Assembly: GCA_963811905.1 (NCBI GenBank)
Contig: CAWETK010000011.1
Coordinates: forward strand, 59,943-123,942
Source: an uncultured Ignavibacteria bacterium
GTDB lineage: Bacteria > Bacteroidota > Ignavibacteria > Ignavibacteriales > Ignavibacteriaceae
DNA: 64,000 bases
Direction: 5' to 3'
Shown: positions 10,419-19,785 of the stretch, one piece after another
Numbering within the stretch: the first letter of the stretch is position 1
How the letters are laid out: every line of letters starts with the position of its first letter
Notes under the pieces: generated by a model
The model's input: only the letters and a program-made list of their open reading frames with translations
What the model was told of the DNA's origin: nothing
The model's database searches: none
Translations under genes and position numbers: made by a program

Positions 10419-10800
10419 TTAACCAATGGCTTCAGCAATTGAACTTCATCTCATTAACCAACCTTCAGCAAATTGAACTTCATCCCATTAACCAACGCTT
10501 CAGCAAATTGAACTTTATCTCATTAACCAACGCTTCAGCAATTGAACTTCATCTCATTAACCAACGCTTCAGCAAATTGAACTTTATCTCAATTAACCAA
10601 CGCTTCAGCAAATTGAACTTTATCTCATTAACCAACGCTTCAGCAAATTGAACTTCATCTCATTAACCAACCTTCAGCAAATTGAACTTCATCCCATTAA
10701 CCAATGCTTCAGCACATCGGACTTCGTCTCATTAACCAATGGCTTCAGCCATTGGATCTCCTATGCATACAGAAAATATACTAAACGGTTTTAACCGTTT
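10419..10800. repeat. Array 1: ~10 head-to-tail copies of a 35-bp unit (TTAACCAACGCTTCAGCAAATTGAACTTYATCYCA). It ends in the perfect hairpin CCAATGGC-TTCA-GCCATTGG (10736-10755), followed by the hairpin AAACGGTT-TT-AACCGTTT (10783-10800).
   Basis: Read directly from the sequence. The units abut with no spacers, and only the last unit is a perfect palindrome. Confidence 0.9.
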
Positions 10801-10853
10801 CAAAAAAATATTATTTTTAATTATAGAATAAATGGAAACTTTAGGAGGTTGCT

Positions 10854-11294
10854 ATGTCAGTTCGCTCATTCACCAAAATTTGGATTCATATGATATGGTC
10901 TACTCATGATCGTGAGAGGTTACTTATTGACAGGAAGCTTCGTAAGGAGATTTCCGAATGGTTGTATAAATATTCTGACGAGAAAAATATTTATATGAAA
11001 ATAAATTATGTAAATCCCGAACACGTTCATGCTTTAATTGATCTGCCCACCAGTTTAACTATAGAAAATACAGCCCAACTCTTCAAAGGCAGCTCGTCTT
11101 GCCAAATCAATAAACTAGTTAATTTTGAGTTTAGATGGGGAAAGGGTTATGGAGCGTTTTCGGTTTCTGAATCCACCATGGACCAGGTCGTAAAGTATAT
11201 TATTAATCAGGAAGAGCATCATCGTAAGAAAACTTTTTCGGAAGAATATGAGGGTTTTTTGAAGAAGTATAATCTGCTGGCGGTAAACGGTTAA
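10854..11294 (+). CDS. IS200-like Y1 (HUH) transposase, REP-associated (RAYT-like), copy 1
   Basis: 146 aa. It has IWIHMIWSTHDRE, the HUH motif HVHALI, and YIINQEEHHRKKTF (catalytic Tyr region). No TnpB partner is present. It is flanked by hairpin repeats, and its stop codon lies inside AACGGTT-AA-AACCGTT (11286-11301). Confidence 0.8.
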   Translation: MSVRSFTKIWIHMIWSTHDRERLLIDRKLRKEISEWLYKYSDEKNIYMKINYVNPEHVHALIDLPTSLTIENTAQLFKGSSSCQINKLVNFEFRWGKGYGAFSVSESTMDQVVKYIINQEEHHRKKTFSEEYEGFLKKYNLLAVNG

Positions 11295-11326
11295 AACCGT
11301 TATGCTTCTCTTACGTATTTCCCGGT

Positions 11327-13097
11327 GGGGCTGTCCAAAAAGTAAGGAATGATAATTGAAAATAATAGAGAATAAACCAAAAAATCAGAGCTAATAAAAT
11401 GAATGATTCTCTATTTAAAAGAAGATGCGCCCGGGGATTCTCAAAAGAGAAAAAGGAAAAAAAAGAGACCAAGCAAGCCAAAGTTTATCGAATACAATCA
11501 GAACCAGGTAATGCTGCTTCCTCCATCGATAGAGGAAATCATACCGGGGCAACATATAGTCCGGACAGTAAATAGGGTAATAGATACAATGGACATAGAA
11601 GCATTGATAAACACATATAAAGGAGGAGGAAGAAGCTCATATGATCCTCTGATGTTATTAAAGGTATTGATATATGCATATGTAATGAGGACATATAGTT
11701 CAAGAAGAATAGCAAAAGCACTAAGAGAAGACATAAACTTTATGTGGATAAGCGGGATGCAGAGACCCGATTTCAGAACAATAAATAATTTCAGGTCAGG
11801 GAGGCTAAAGGGAGTAATAGATCAGGTATTTTCATCGATGGTAATTTTCTTAACAGATAATAAATATATAAAGCTGGAAAACTATTTCGTAGACGGGACA
11901 AAGATAGAGGCAGATGCCAACAGACATAGCCACGTGTGGTCAAAAAATACCCGGAGATATAAAGCAATGACCATAAAGAAAGTAAAAGACCTGCTGAAGG
12001 AAATTGAAAGGATAAACCAGGAAGAAGATAAAAAATATGGAGAAAAAGATCTGGAAGAACTTGGTGAGGATACAGAGATAAACTCAGAGAAAATAGAAGA
12101 GCAGGTTAAAAAATTAAACAAGATTATCAGACAAATAGGAGAAAAGACCAAAGAGAATAAGAAGGATAAAAACATTGGAAAGAAAAACAGAAAGCTAAAG
12201 AGTGCTGTAAATAAGCTGAATAATAAATATCTGCCAAAACTCAGAAAGTATGAAGGACAGGAGAAGATAGAAGGCCCACGAAGCAGCTATTCAAAAACAG
12301 ACAAAGATGCGACATTTATGCGGAATAAGACAAAACAATTACTTCCTGGTTATAATGTAATAATAGGAACAGAAGAACAGATAATAGTAAACTACAGCCT
12401 TCATCAAAAGTCATCTGAGACAGATAAGTTTATCCCTCATATGAATAAATTAAAGAAAACAACAAAAGGGAAGAATCCAGACAAAGTAATAGGAGACGGC
12501 ACATTTGGTTCAGATGAGAACTATAATTTTCTAAGGCGGGAAAAAATAGGAAGTTATCTGAAATATCCTGGTTTTTACCAGGAGGTAACCGGGAAAGCAC
12601 AAAAGAAGCGTTTTGGCAAAATAAACTTTATATACAGGAAAGAAGAGGATAAACTATATTGCCCTGAAGGAAGAGGAATGGATCTTAACCGTGTAGAAGA
12701 ACAGGTAACTGAGAATGGATATAAACAAATAAAGAGAATATATAAGGGAGATTGCAGAGGATGCAAATATATTTCTTTCTGCAGCAAATCACCCGGGGGA
12801 AGAACCGTACAGATTAACCAAAAATTAGAAAAACATAAGCTGCAAGCTAAGAAAAATCTATGCTCGTCAACAGGGATAGAGTTAAGAAAAAAACGAAATG
12901 TGGACGTGGAGACAGTCTTTGGGGATATTAAACAAAACCAAGGGTTCAGGAGATTCAATTTAAGGGGATTAGAAAAAGTGAATGCAGAATTTGGGTTAGT
13001 AGCAATGGCCTACAACATTAAAAAAGTTAAAGCAATGATCAACTGAAAGGTTGATCACTATTTTAATAGATATAATAATTACTTATTAGTCAGCCCC
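11327..13097 (+). mobile_element. IS1182-family insertion sequence (1771 bp)
   Basis: The imperfect terminal inverted repeats are GGGGCTGTCCAAAAAGTAAGGAAT (11327-) and the reverse complement of attacttattagtcagcccc (GGGGCTGACTAATAAGTAAT, ending at 13097). They enclose one transposase ORF. Confidence 0.75.
11403..13046 (+). CDS. IS1182-family DDE transposase
   Basis: 547 aa. The N-terminal GGRSSYDPLMLLKVLIYAYVMRTYSSRRIAKALREDINFMWISGMQRPDFRTINNFR motif belongs to the IS5/IS1182 group, and there is a Cys-rich C-terminal segment. Confidence 0.85.
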   Translation: MILYLKEDAPGDSQKRKRKKKRPSKPKFIEYNQNQVMLLPPSIEEIIPGQHIVRTVNRVIDTMDIEALINTYKGGGRSSYDPLMLLKVLIYAYVMRTYSSRRIAKALREDINFMWISGMQRPDFRTINNFRSGRLKGVIDQVFSSMVIFLTDNKYIKLENYFVDGTKIEADANRHSHVWSKNTRRYKAMTIKKVKDLLKEIERINQEEDKKYGEKDLEELGEDTEINSEKIEEQVKKLNKIIRQIGEKTKENKKDKNIGKKNRKLKSAVNKLNNKYLPKLRKYEGQEKIEGPRSSYSKTDKDATFMRNKTKQLLPGYNVIIGTEEQIIVNYSLHQKSSETDKFIPHMNKLKKTTKGKNPDKVIGDGTFGSDENYNFLRREKIGSYLKYPGFYQEVTGKAQKKRFGKINFIYRKEEDKLYCPEGRGMDLNRVEEQVTENGYKQIKRIYKGDCRGCKYISFCSKSPGGRTVQINQKLEKHKLQAKKNLCSSTGIELRKKRNVDVETVFGDIKQNQGFRRFNLRGLEKVNAEFGLVAMAYNIKKVKAMIN

Positions 13098-13142
13098 TTA
13101 ATGAGAGCTCATAACGGTCCTACGTCTGTTCATCTGCTCTCA

Positions 13143-13535
13143 TCAACCAATCGCTTTAGCTATTAGAATCTATCTCATTAACCAACGCTTCAGCAATTGA
13201 ACTTCATCCCATCAACCAATGCTTCAGCAATTAAACTTTATCTCATCAACCAACGCTTCAGCACATCGGACTTCATCTCATCAACTAATGCTTCAGCACA
13301 TTGAACTTCATCCCATTAACCAATACTTTAGCATATTGAACTTTATCTCATTAACCAATGGCTTTAGCACATTGAACTTTATCTCATTAACCAATGCTTC
13401 AGCATGTTGAACTTTATCTCATTAACCAATGGCTTTAGCCATTGGACTCTATCAAACCCCTCTCCCATTAACCAATGGCTTCAGCCATTGGATTCCCATG
13501 CATACATAAAGTCCACCCCAACGGTTTTAACCGTT
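13143..13535. repeat. Array 2: ~10 copies of the same 35-bp unit as array 1. It ends in the perfect hairpins CCAATGGC-TTTA-GCCATTGG (13426-13445) and CCAATGGC-TTCA-GCCATTGG (13472-13491), followed by AACGGTT-TT-AACCGTT (13520-13535).
   Basis: Read directly from the sequence. It has the same orientation and the same terminal architecture as array 1. Confidence 0.9.
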
Positions 13536-13631
13536 TTTTACATTGCTTTGGAAATAAAAGAAAATTTATTTTAGCAATGCTGAATTTAAAGTGATTAAAA
13601 TATGAAGATTATAGTTTATTTTTACATCCTC

Positions 13632-14141
13632 ATGAAAAAATATTTATTTACAATACTTATTCTGATTATTTATTCTGCATCTTCTTTTCCTCAAAGTCTT
13701 GAAAGCGGTGCATTTGGGGCGCCTGTTTTTAAATACACAAAATTGAATGGTCAATCGGCTCTGATCACCGGAGTAAAAGCAGGCTGGATAATAAATAAAA
13801 GAATTGTCCTTGGCGCAGGTTATTACGTTTTATCAAGTGATGTAAATTCGGGTTTCACCGATCCGCATTATAATCAGAATTTATTACTTGATTTCAATTA
13901 CGGGGGACTGGAATTTGAATACCTGCTGCTGTACGAAAGCAAATTTAATATTTCGGTTGATATGCTTTTAGGAAGCGGCGGATTAAGTTTTCATTTAAAA
14001 GATATAAATAAAGGATATTCAAACCGCAATCTTCTGATATGGGAGCCGGGGTTAAATTTTGAAACTGAGATTTATGAATGGCTTCATGCTGATGCCGGAG
14101 TCAGCTATAGATTGATATCGTCCTATATCTCCCGTATATGA
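13632..14141 (+). CDS. Putative outer-membrane beta-barrel protein, probably continuing to 14205 after a 1-nt frameshift
   Basis: It has a signal peptide (MKKYLFTILILIIYSASSFPQ) and an alternating beta-strand pattern. The next frame reads YDISRNDLQGINVLLTFKFGSY*, a canonical aromatic-terminated last beta-strand. Confidence 0.5.
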   Translation: MKKYLFTILILIIYSASSFPQSLESGAFGAPVFKYTKLNGQSALITGVKAGWIINKRIVLGAGYYVLSSDVNSGFTDPHYNQNLLLDFNYGGLEFEYLLLYESKFNISVDMLLGSGGLSFHLKDINKGYSNRNLLIWEPGLNFETEIYEWLHADAGVSYRLISSYISRI

Positions 14142-14201
14142 TATTTCCAGAAATGATTTACAGGGGATAAATGTTTTGTTAACTTTTAAATTCGGCAGTT
14201 A

Positions 14202-15287
14202 TTGAAAATCATTAAAGTTGTAAATAGGTCAAACAGAATTAAATCCCTTTTTATCTTTCACGGTAAGAAAAGAAATACCGCATTCTTATGCACTTTCTTA
14301 TTTTTGATGCTGGCGGGTTCTGTAGTTAATGCTCAAAACAATGACAGTATGTCTGTATCACAAAATTCATATTCTCATTTTCTTTCTCCCGATAAATTTA
14401 CATACGCCGGTGAAAGACGATATACTTTAGATGGTCTCCTCCCGAATACTCAAACTGAAATAAGACCGACAAGCGCGGCGGTTCTCGGCGGAATTTATCT
14501 CGGTACACTTACCTGGCTCCACTTTCACCAGGCAAATGCATGGTGGAGCAAAGACCGTGGAAGCTTTCATTTTGAAGAGGACTGGGTATATGCGCTTCAG
14601 GTAGATAAAGCAGGACATTTTTACGGAGGATATCTTATTTCATATTTAATGAGTGAGGGATTGCTTGCATCGGGATTTTCCTGGGATGATGCCTCTATAT
14701 GGGGAACTGCGCTGGGTATTGCATACCAGACATACGTGGAAACAGAAGATGGATTTGCCACAAGCTGGGGATTCAGTCCTTCCGACTGGTACGCTGATGC
14801 AGCAGGCTCCCTGTTTTTCCTTGCACAGCATTATGTGCCGGCGCTTCAGAATATAACCCCAAAATGGCAGTATATTCCTTCCGAATGGACGGGTAAACCG
14901 GTGCTCAGCACCAGACCAAGAACTTTCATAGATGATTATAACAGCTCAACATTCTGGTGGTCTGTAAACGTATATAATATCCTTCCTGAAAATATGAAAA
15001 AATACTGGGTCCCCTGGCTTGACCTATCTTTCGGCTATGGCGCGGATGCAATTGATGCTGCAGGTTCCGGCGGTCCGCCTGATCAGCTGGCAACAAGAAG
15101 ATATATGGTAGGACTCGATTATAACCTGGTAAAGATCCTTCCTGAAGGAGGATGGTTCTGGAACTGGTTCAGGCAGTCATTGAATTATATAAAATTTCCT
15201 TCTCCTGCGATTGAATTTAAGAACAACGTTACAAGATTTTATCTTCTGTATCCTTTCAGAATATCGATAGGAGACTTCAGCATCTGA
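14202..15287 (+). CDS. DUF2279-like periplasmic/lipoprotein-type protein
   Basis: It has a hydrophobic signal (AFLCTFLFLMLAGSVVNAQ). The WWSKDRGSFHFEEDW...DKAGHFYGGY motif resembles DUF2279. The start codon is uncertain (the ORF track starts at TTG 14202). Confidence 0.45.
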   Translation: MKIIKVVNRSNRIKSLFIFHGKKRNTAFLCTFLFLMLAGSVVNAQNNDSMSVSQNSYSHFLSPDKFTYAGERRYTLDGLLPNTQTEIRPTSAAVLGGIYLGTLTWLHFHQANAWWSKDRGSFHFEEDWVYALQVDKAGHFYGGYLISYLMSEGLLASGFSWDDASIWGTALGIAYQTYVETEDGFATSWGFSPSDWYADAAGSLFFLAQHYVPALQNITPKWQYIPSEWTGKPVLSTRPRTFIDDYNSSTFWWSVNVYNILPENMKKYWVPWLDLSFGYGADAIDAAGSGGPPDQLATRRYMVGLDYNLVKILPEGGWFWNWFRQSLNYIKFPSPAIEFKNNVTRFYLLYPFRISIGDFSI

Positions 15288-15400
15288 ATATCTTAAGATA
15301 AGATAAATTTTATCCTGGTATCTAATGAGATATGATGTTCGCATTTTATATAGTATAGAGTGAAACACAGTACAGCAGGGTGTGGCTCAATTCTGCATAT

Positions 15401-16880
15401 TTAATTAGCAGAGACTGTTCTATCCATAGCCCATTCTCTCATAGCTTCAATATTCTCAGCCATAATAACCGAAAGCGGCTTTGTCTTTTTGATTTCATCG
15501 AGCAGTATTTCAGTAGTAAGCTGTTTGTACCCTCCGATAACGGAATAAAAACCGGATACAATTACCTGTTCAATTTCTGATCCTGAAAAACCCTCACAGG
15601 CATGCGACACTTTGAGTCAGATCAAAGTTTTCAGGATTTAAATCTCTTTTCTTTAGATGGATGATCAAAATTTCTTTCCTGACAGCATCTGAGGGCAAAT
15701 CGACAAAAAATATTTCATCCATCCTCCCCTTTCTCATTAATTCCGGAGGAAGGTTCTGGATATCATTGGCAGTTGCAACCAGGAAGACAAGAGTTTTCCG
15801 TTCAGCCATCCAGGTTAATATTGTACCAAGTACCCTTTTCGAAGTGCCGCTGTCATTCGATTCGGAAGCAAGACCTTTTTCAATTTCATCTATCCATAAC
15901 ACGCAGGGAGCCATCATATCAGCCATTTTTAATGCTTCCCGTGTTTTGCGTTCTGTTTCCCCATAATATTTATTATAAAGCGTTCCGAAATCAAGCCGCA
16001 ACAGGGGAATTCCCCAGGTCCCTGCCACTGCTTTTGCAGCCAGACTCTTTCCGCTTCCCTGAACACCCAGCAGAAGAATGCCTTTGGGTGTATCAATCCC
16101 CTTACCATTGCCATCACCTATAAATATTTTTTTCCTTTTATCGAGCCATTCTTTTAAATTCATCAAGCCCCCTACTTCGGAAAATGTCGAAGAATCATGT
16201 TCATAATAAAGAACATTATCCTTATTCAGCAGAAAATATTTTGCTTTTGCTATTTCAGGGATGTCATCCTTAGTAATCGCATTGTCACGCAAAGCATTAT
16301 AGAAAATTCTTTTGATCTCTGAAAAAGAAAGTCCGTGAAGATTTTTAATGAATAGATCCAGTATGGCATCGTCAATACGAATTTCACGAACAGAGTTTTC
16401 CGCCTTCCATTTTTCAATCAGCTCCATCAGGTATGCTTTTATATCAGCATCCGATGGAAATGATACTTCAAAATTTGCAGATAAATGTTTTATTTCATCC
16501 GGAAGTTCAACCTGAGTTGAAATAAAAAATATCGTATGGTTTAATCTCTCCGAATTCAGAGCTATTTCTTTAATAAGTCTGACATTACGATCATTTTTCA
16601 AGTACGGATGGTAGTCTAAAAGTATAAAAATAGCAGAGCTGTAGCTTTCATAAATTGTATTTAATACTTCCGTTGGCTCAAGTAAGTTTGATCCGCTGAT
16701 ATTGCCGTACTTGTCAAGTAAAGAAAATCCTCTGATCAGGTTCCAGCCGTATACGGGTTTCCTTACTGAAGAAGCCAGACTGATAATTAATAAAACCGCT
16801 TCTTTTTCATCCCTGGTTTCAATTGTTATTAAAGGCACACGGGATTTGACAAGATGAAATAAATCTAAAAGATTGTTCAT
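15401..16880 (-). CDS. Ycf46-like AAA+ ATPase, interrupted by a 1-nt frameshift near 15611
   Basis: A ~240-aa N-domain is followed by Walker A (GVQGSGKSL), Walker B (VLWIDEIEK), VFLVATANDIQNLPPELMRKGRMDEIFFVDLP, and then, in the next frame, ACEGFSGSEIEQ...REWA. The two track ORFs 15594..16880 and 15401..15610 join if one A of an AAA run is removed. Confidence 0.75.
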
Positions 16881-17030
16881 TATAGTACCGAAAGATTTGC
16901 AACTTCCTTATTACAGTAAACTTAAGGTAAATAGCCCAATCCGTCAATTTGTGAGGAAAATAATATTGGAAGTGCCCCCGTCTGCAGGGGCGGCGTACTA
17001 AGCTTAACTTTATGTCTTGTCCAATAAAAC

Positions 17031-17265
17031 GACAGGTCAGGCACCGCGAAAGATTTAATAATTATCGCGGTTATCGAGTGTTCCGAATGAAGCGAGATTC
17101 GTAAAAATATAGCGAGCGGAATGAGGAACGTATCGAGATATGAAGGCAAGGCCGGGACAGGTCGGGCACGGCGAAAGATTTAATAATTATCGCGGTTATC
17201 GAGTGTTCCGAATGAAGCGAGATTCGTAAAAATATAGCGAGCGGAATGAGGAACGTATCGAGATA
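17031..17265. repeat. Tandem duplication with a 125-bp period and a ~110-bp conserved core
   Basis: gacaggtc[a/g]ggcac[c/g]gcgaaagatttaataattatcgcggttatcgagtgttccgaatgaagcgagattcgtaaaaatatagcgagcggaatgaggaacgtatcgagata occurs at 17031-17140 and 17156-17265. A partial third start (tgaaggcaagggtcgggcaccgc) lies at 17413-17436. Confidence 0.9.
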
Positions 17266-17541
17266 ACCGGTCTTAATAGAAAATTAATTACTAGAGAACA
17301 TTTTACAATTACCCTGTCCTCGATTTGGCTGCGCTCAACATCCCGACTTGAAAGAAACGAAGGCCTGCCTACACAAAAGTTCCAGCAGGTTAATCGGGAC
17401 ACTCCCGACCTAATGAAGGCAAGGGTCGGGCACCGCTACAAGTCCTCCCACAACAAGTTGAAAATTAAATTTTATTGATGCTAAGGACAAAATTACAACT
17501 TATTATATGTTATAATATTTGTGAATATGCCTACTAAGCAA

Positions 17542-17847
17542 CTATTCAATTAAATAAATTTCCCTGTGTCCTCCGATCAGCAGATCGATATACCCTTCCA
17601 TGATTTTAGCCATTTCAGGGTCTCCCGTACCTCCTCTGACTTCTTTTCCGAATTCCCCAAGGTCTTCTATTTCAGACTCAAAGACTACTGTCCAGTATGC
17701 GGCAGCAATATCTGTCATTATCTTAAAGTTTTTCATTCCCTGCTTTTCCATCAATGGTGCAGCTTGCTTAAACTTTTTTACCAGTTCTTTTGCTTTACCA
17801 GGTTTTGTATTGAACACATCACGAATCAGATACATATTATCCTCCAA
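17542..17847 (-). CDS. Hypothetical small protein (101 aa)
   Basis: The ORF is intact and co-directional with the downstream detox-like array. No motif was recognised with confidence. Confidence 0.45.
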   Translation of the reverse strand: MEDNMYLIRDVFNTKPGKAKELVKKFKQAAPLMEKQGMKNFKIMTDIAAAYWTVVFESEIEDLGEFGKEVRGGTGDPEMAKIMEGYIDLLIGGHREIYLIE

Positions 17848-17868
17848 TTTTATTATTAATCTTAAGTG

Positions 17869-18084
17869 TTAACCTTCAAGCTCTTTACAATAAAATCCCA
17901 TTCTCCCGATTTCACTTTCTATCTCTGAGATAGTATATGAATCAGAAAGTACACGCAGAACCTTATCCTTATCGAGAAGATCGATTGTGCATTCTTTTAT
18001 TTTTTTCTTCCCGGATAATATCTTTTTAATTTCGAGGAAGTCATCATTTGAATTGATATTAGTTTTAAATATAAAAGTGTCCAT
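17869..18084 (-). CDS. Hypothetical small protein (71 aa)
   Basis: The ORF is intact and lies 21 nt upstream of the previous gene. No motif was recognised. Confidence 0.4.
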   Translation of the reverse strand: MDTFIFKTNINSNDDFLEIKKILSGKKKIKECTIDLLDKDKVLRVLSDSYTISEIESEIGRMGFYCKELEG

Positions 18085-18107
18085 ATGAATACCTTAAATA
18101 TTTATCA

Positions 18108-18662
18108 TTAACCCGGTTTTATTAATGAGTAATGAAGAACAACTACTCCGGATTTGAGAGTTTTTAAATCAATCAGTTTCAGACTCATTGGTTTTTCTAT
18201 TCCTTTCCATAAACGTTTCCCGGTATGGGATACTATAGGCTGGACGAGAAACCAGAATTCATCAATCAGGTCATGCTTTGCAAGTTCCGAGGCAAGACTT
18301 AAACCCCCTATTGATATATCTTTACCTGTCTGTTGTTTTAGCTTTATAACCTCTTTCACAGGGTCCCCACGGCTTATGGCTGTATTCCATTCTGCTTTTT
18401 CCAGGGTACCCGAGAAGACTATTTTTGATAGAGGGTTGAACTTATCAGCAAATCTAAGCATACTCTGTGTACTCTCCGGATAGCTTCGGGCATTTGGCCA
18501 GAAATCCACAAGCAGTTCATATGTTTTCCTTCCGAATAAAATGGTATCCACTTTATTGAGAAGATCAGTATGAAAATCATGGAGTTCGTCGTCGGCAATA
18601 ACTGTGGTATGATCAGCTTCACCGTTTATTGTCATATTGATCGCAAATAGCAGTTTTCTCAT
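18108..18662 (-). CDS. Dihydrofolate-reductase-like (RibD C-terminal domain) family protein, paralog 1
   Basis: MRKLLFAINMTINGE...ILFGRKTYEL...WFLVQPIV.G.GKRL matches the RibD_C/YwjB pattern. Confidence 0.8.
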   Translation of the reverse strand: MRKLLFAINMTINGEADHTTVIADDELHDFHTDLLNKVDTILFGRKTYELLVDFWPNARSYPESTQSMLRFADKFNPLSKIVFSGTLEKAEWNTAISRGDPVKEVIKLKQQTGKDISIGGLSLASELAKHDLIDEFWFLVQPIVSHTGKRLWKGIEKPMSLKLIDLKTLKSGVVVLHYSLIKPG

Positions 18663-18667
18663 CTGGT

Positions 18668-19294
18668 TCAGCTCTTATTTTTTATTTTATAAGATAAATG
18701 GGTAACCTCCGTTGAATTGACGACGTCACTGATCTCAAATGAATATTTTTCCTTATTAACACCGTCAAACAGCCTGAGACCATTTCCAAGCAGTAAAGGT
18801 GCAAGGTGTATGCTGCACTCATCTACCAGTCCAGCATTTACGAACTGCTGAACTGTATCTGCACCGCCTGATATCCTCACATCTTTCTCTCGTGCTGCTT
18901 CCCTTGCTTTCTCCAGAACAATACTAACAGTATCGTCTGTGAAATAAAAAACGGTACCGCCGGGACGTTTCCATGGTTCACGTTTTTCATGAGTCACCAC
19001 AAAAACAGGAGTATGAAAAGGTGCTTCTTCAGGCCAGTTAGCCTCGCCTTCTTCAAACATCCTTTTTCCCATGATATTAGCGCCTATTCTGTGGAAAATT
19101 TTTGTAATGATGTCATTATCGGTATTATCCGTATCGCCGCCTTCCATACCGAGATGCTCCCTGAAGCTTTTCTGTTTAAACATCCACTCGTGTATGCTGA
19201 TCCCTCCATCGCCTAAAGGATTTTCAGCTCCCCGGTTAATGCCGGCAATAAAGCCATCAAGTGACATTCCCAGATCAAAAAATACTTTTCCCAT
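18668..19294 (-). CDS. Dihydrofolate-reductase-like (RibD_C) family protein, paralog 2
   Basis: SLDGFIAG...IMGKRMFE...ISGGADTVQQFVNAGLVDECSIHLAPLLLGNGLRLF. Confidence 0.8.
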   Translation of the reverse strand: MGKVFFDLGMSLDGFIAGINRGAENPLGDGGISIHEWMFKQKSFREHLGMEGGDTDNTDNDIITKIFHRIGANIMGKRMFEEGEANWPEEAPFHTPVFVVTHEKREPWKRPGGTVFYFTDDTVSIVLEKAREAAREKDVRISGGADTVQQFVNAGLVDECSIHLAPLLLGNGLRLFDGVNKEKYSFEISDVVNSTEVTHLSYKIKNKS

Positions 19295-19332
19295 TCCTGC
19301 TCCGTTTCACCTCATAAAAGATTAACTTATGA

Positions 19333-19734
19333 TTACATACCGGAAGGCTGAAGAAGGCTTACACGGTTTCCTTCAGTATCTTTGAATGAAACATACATCC
19401 CGATCCCTGGTATCTCCATAGGCTCGCCGAGTATTGTACCGCCGCCCGATTTCACTTTTGTAATAGATTCGTTTATATCATCTACTGCTATTACTACGGA
19501 TGGATGATCAGCCGAAGAATCTTTCGGTTTGGGATAAAACCCGCCTCCGATGTAGCCGGGTTTTACAGGGTGACCCTTTTCGTCTGTCTCTGAAGTAGAA
19601 ACAACCATGTAATTGCCCATTTCAGGACCCATCTGCTGGATGTTCCATCCGAAAGTTTTTGTGTAAAATTCCGTCATCCTTTTACCGTCTACAGCCGGCA
19701 TTTCAAAATGTACAACCGGGTTCATTTTTGACAT
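19333..19734 (-). CDS. VOC family protein
   Basis: VVHFEMPAVDGKRMTEFYTKTFGW... and ...FKDTEGNRVSLLQ mark a glyoxalase-fold protein. Confidence 0.8.
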   Translation of the reverse strand: MSKMNPVVHFEMPAVDGKRMTEFYTKTFGWNIQQMGPEMGNYMVVSTSETDEKGHPVKPGYIGGGFYPKPKDSSADHPSVVIAVDDINESITKVKSGGGTILGEPMEIPGIGMYVSFKDTEGNRVSLLQPSGM

Positions 19735-19785
19735 TTTATACTTCCTTTTGTTTAATGCTAAATAATGATTAAAGTTTTAATTCAA

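Noticed and set aside
10358-10651. ORF-track proteins 10358..10651 and 13219..13410 (LTNASA.ELH.INQRFSKLNFIS repeats).
   Set aside because: They are translations of the 35-bp tandem repeat. They have periodic low-complexity sequence and no start context, so they are spurious.
10419-10766. The regular 35-bp repeats could be a CRISPR array.
   Set aside because: The units abut directly with no spacers, no cas genes are nearby, and the units degenerate progressively. This is a tandem REP-like array, not a CRISPR. The same applies to 13143-13491.
16922-17402. Track ORFs 16922..17149 and 17196..17402 upstream of the AAA gene.
   Set aside because: They lie entirely within the 125-bp tandem duplication/hairpin region and have no RBS or recognisable domain. 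They are likely non-coding.
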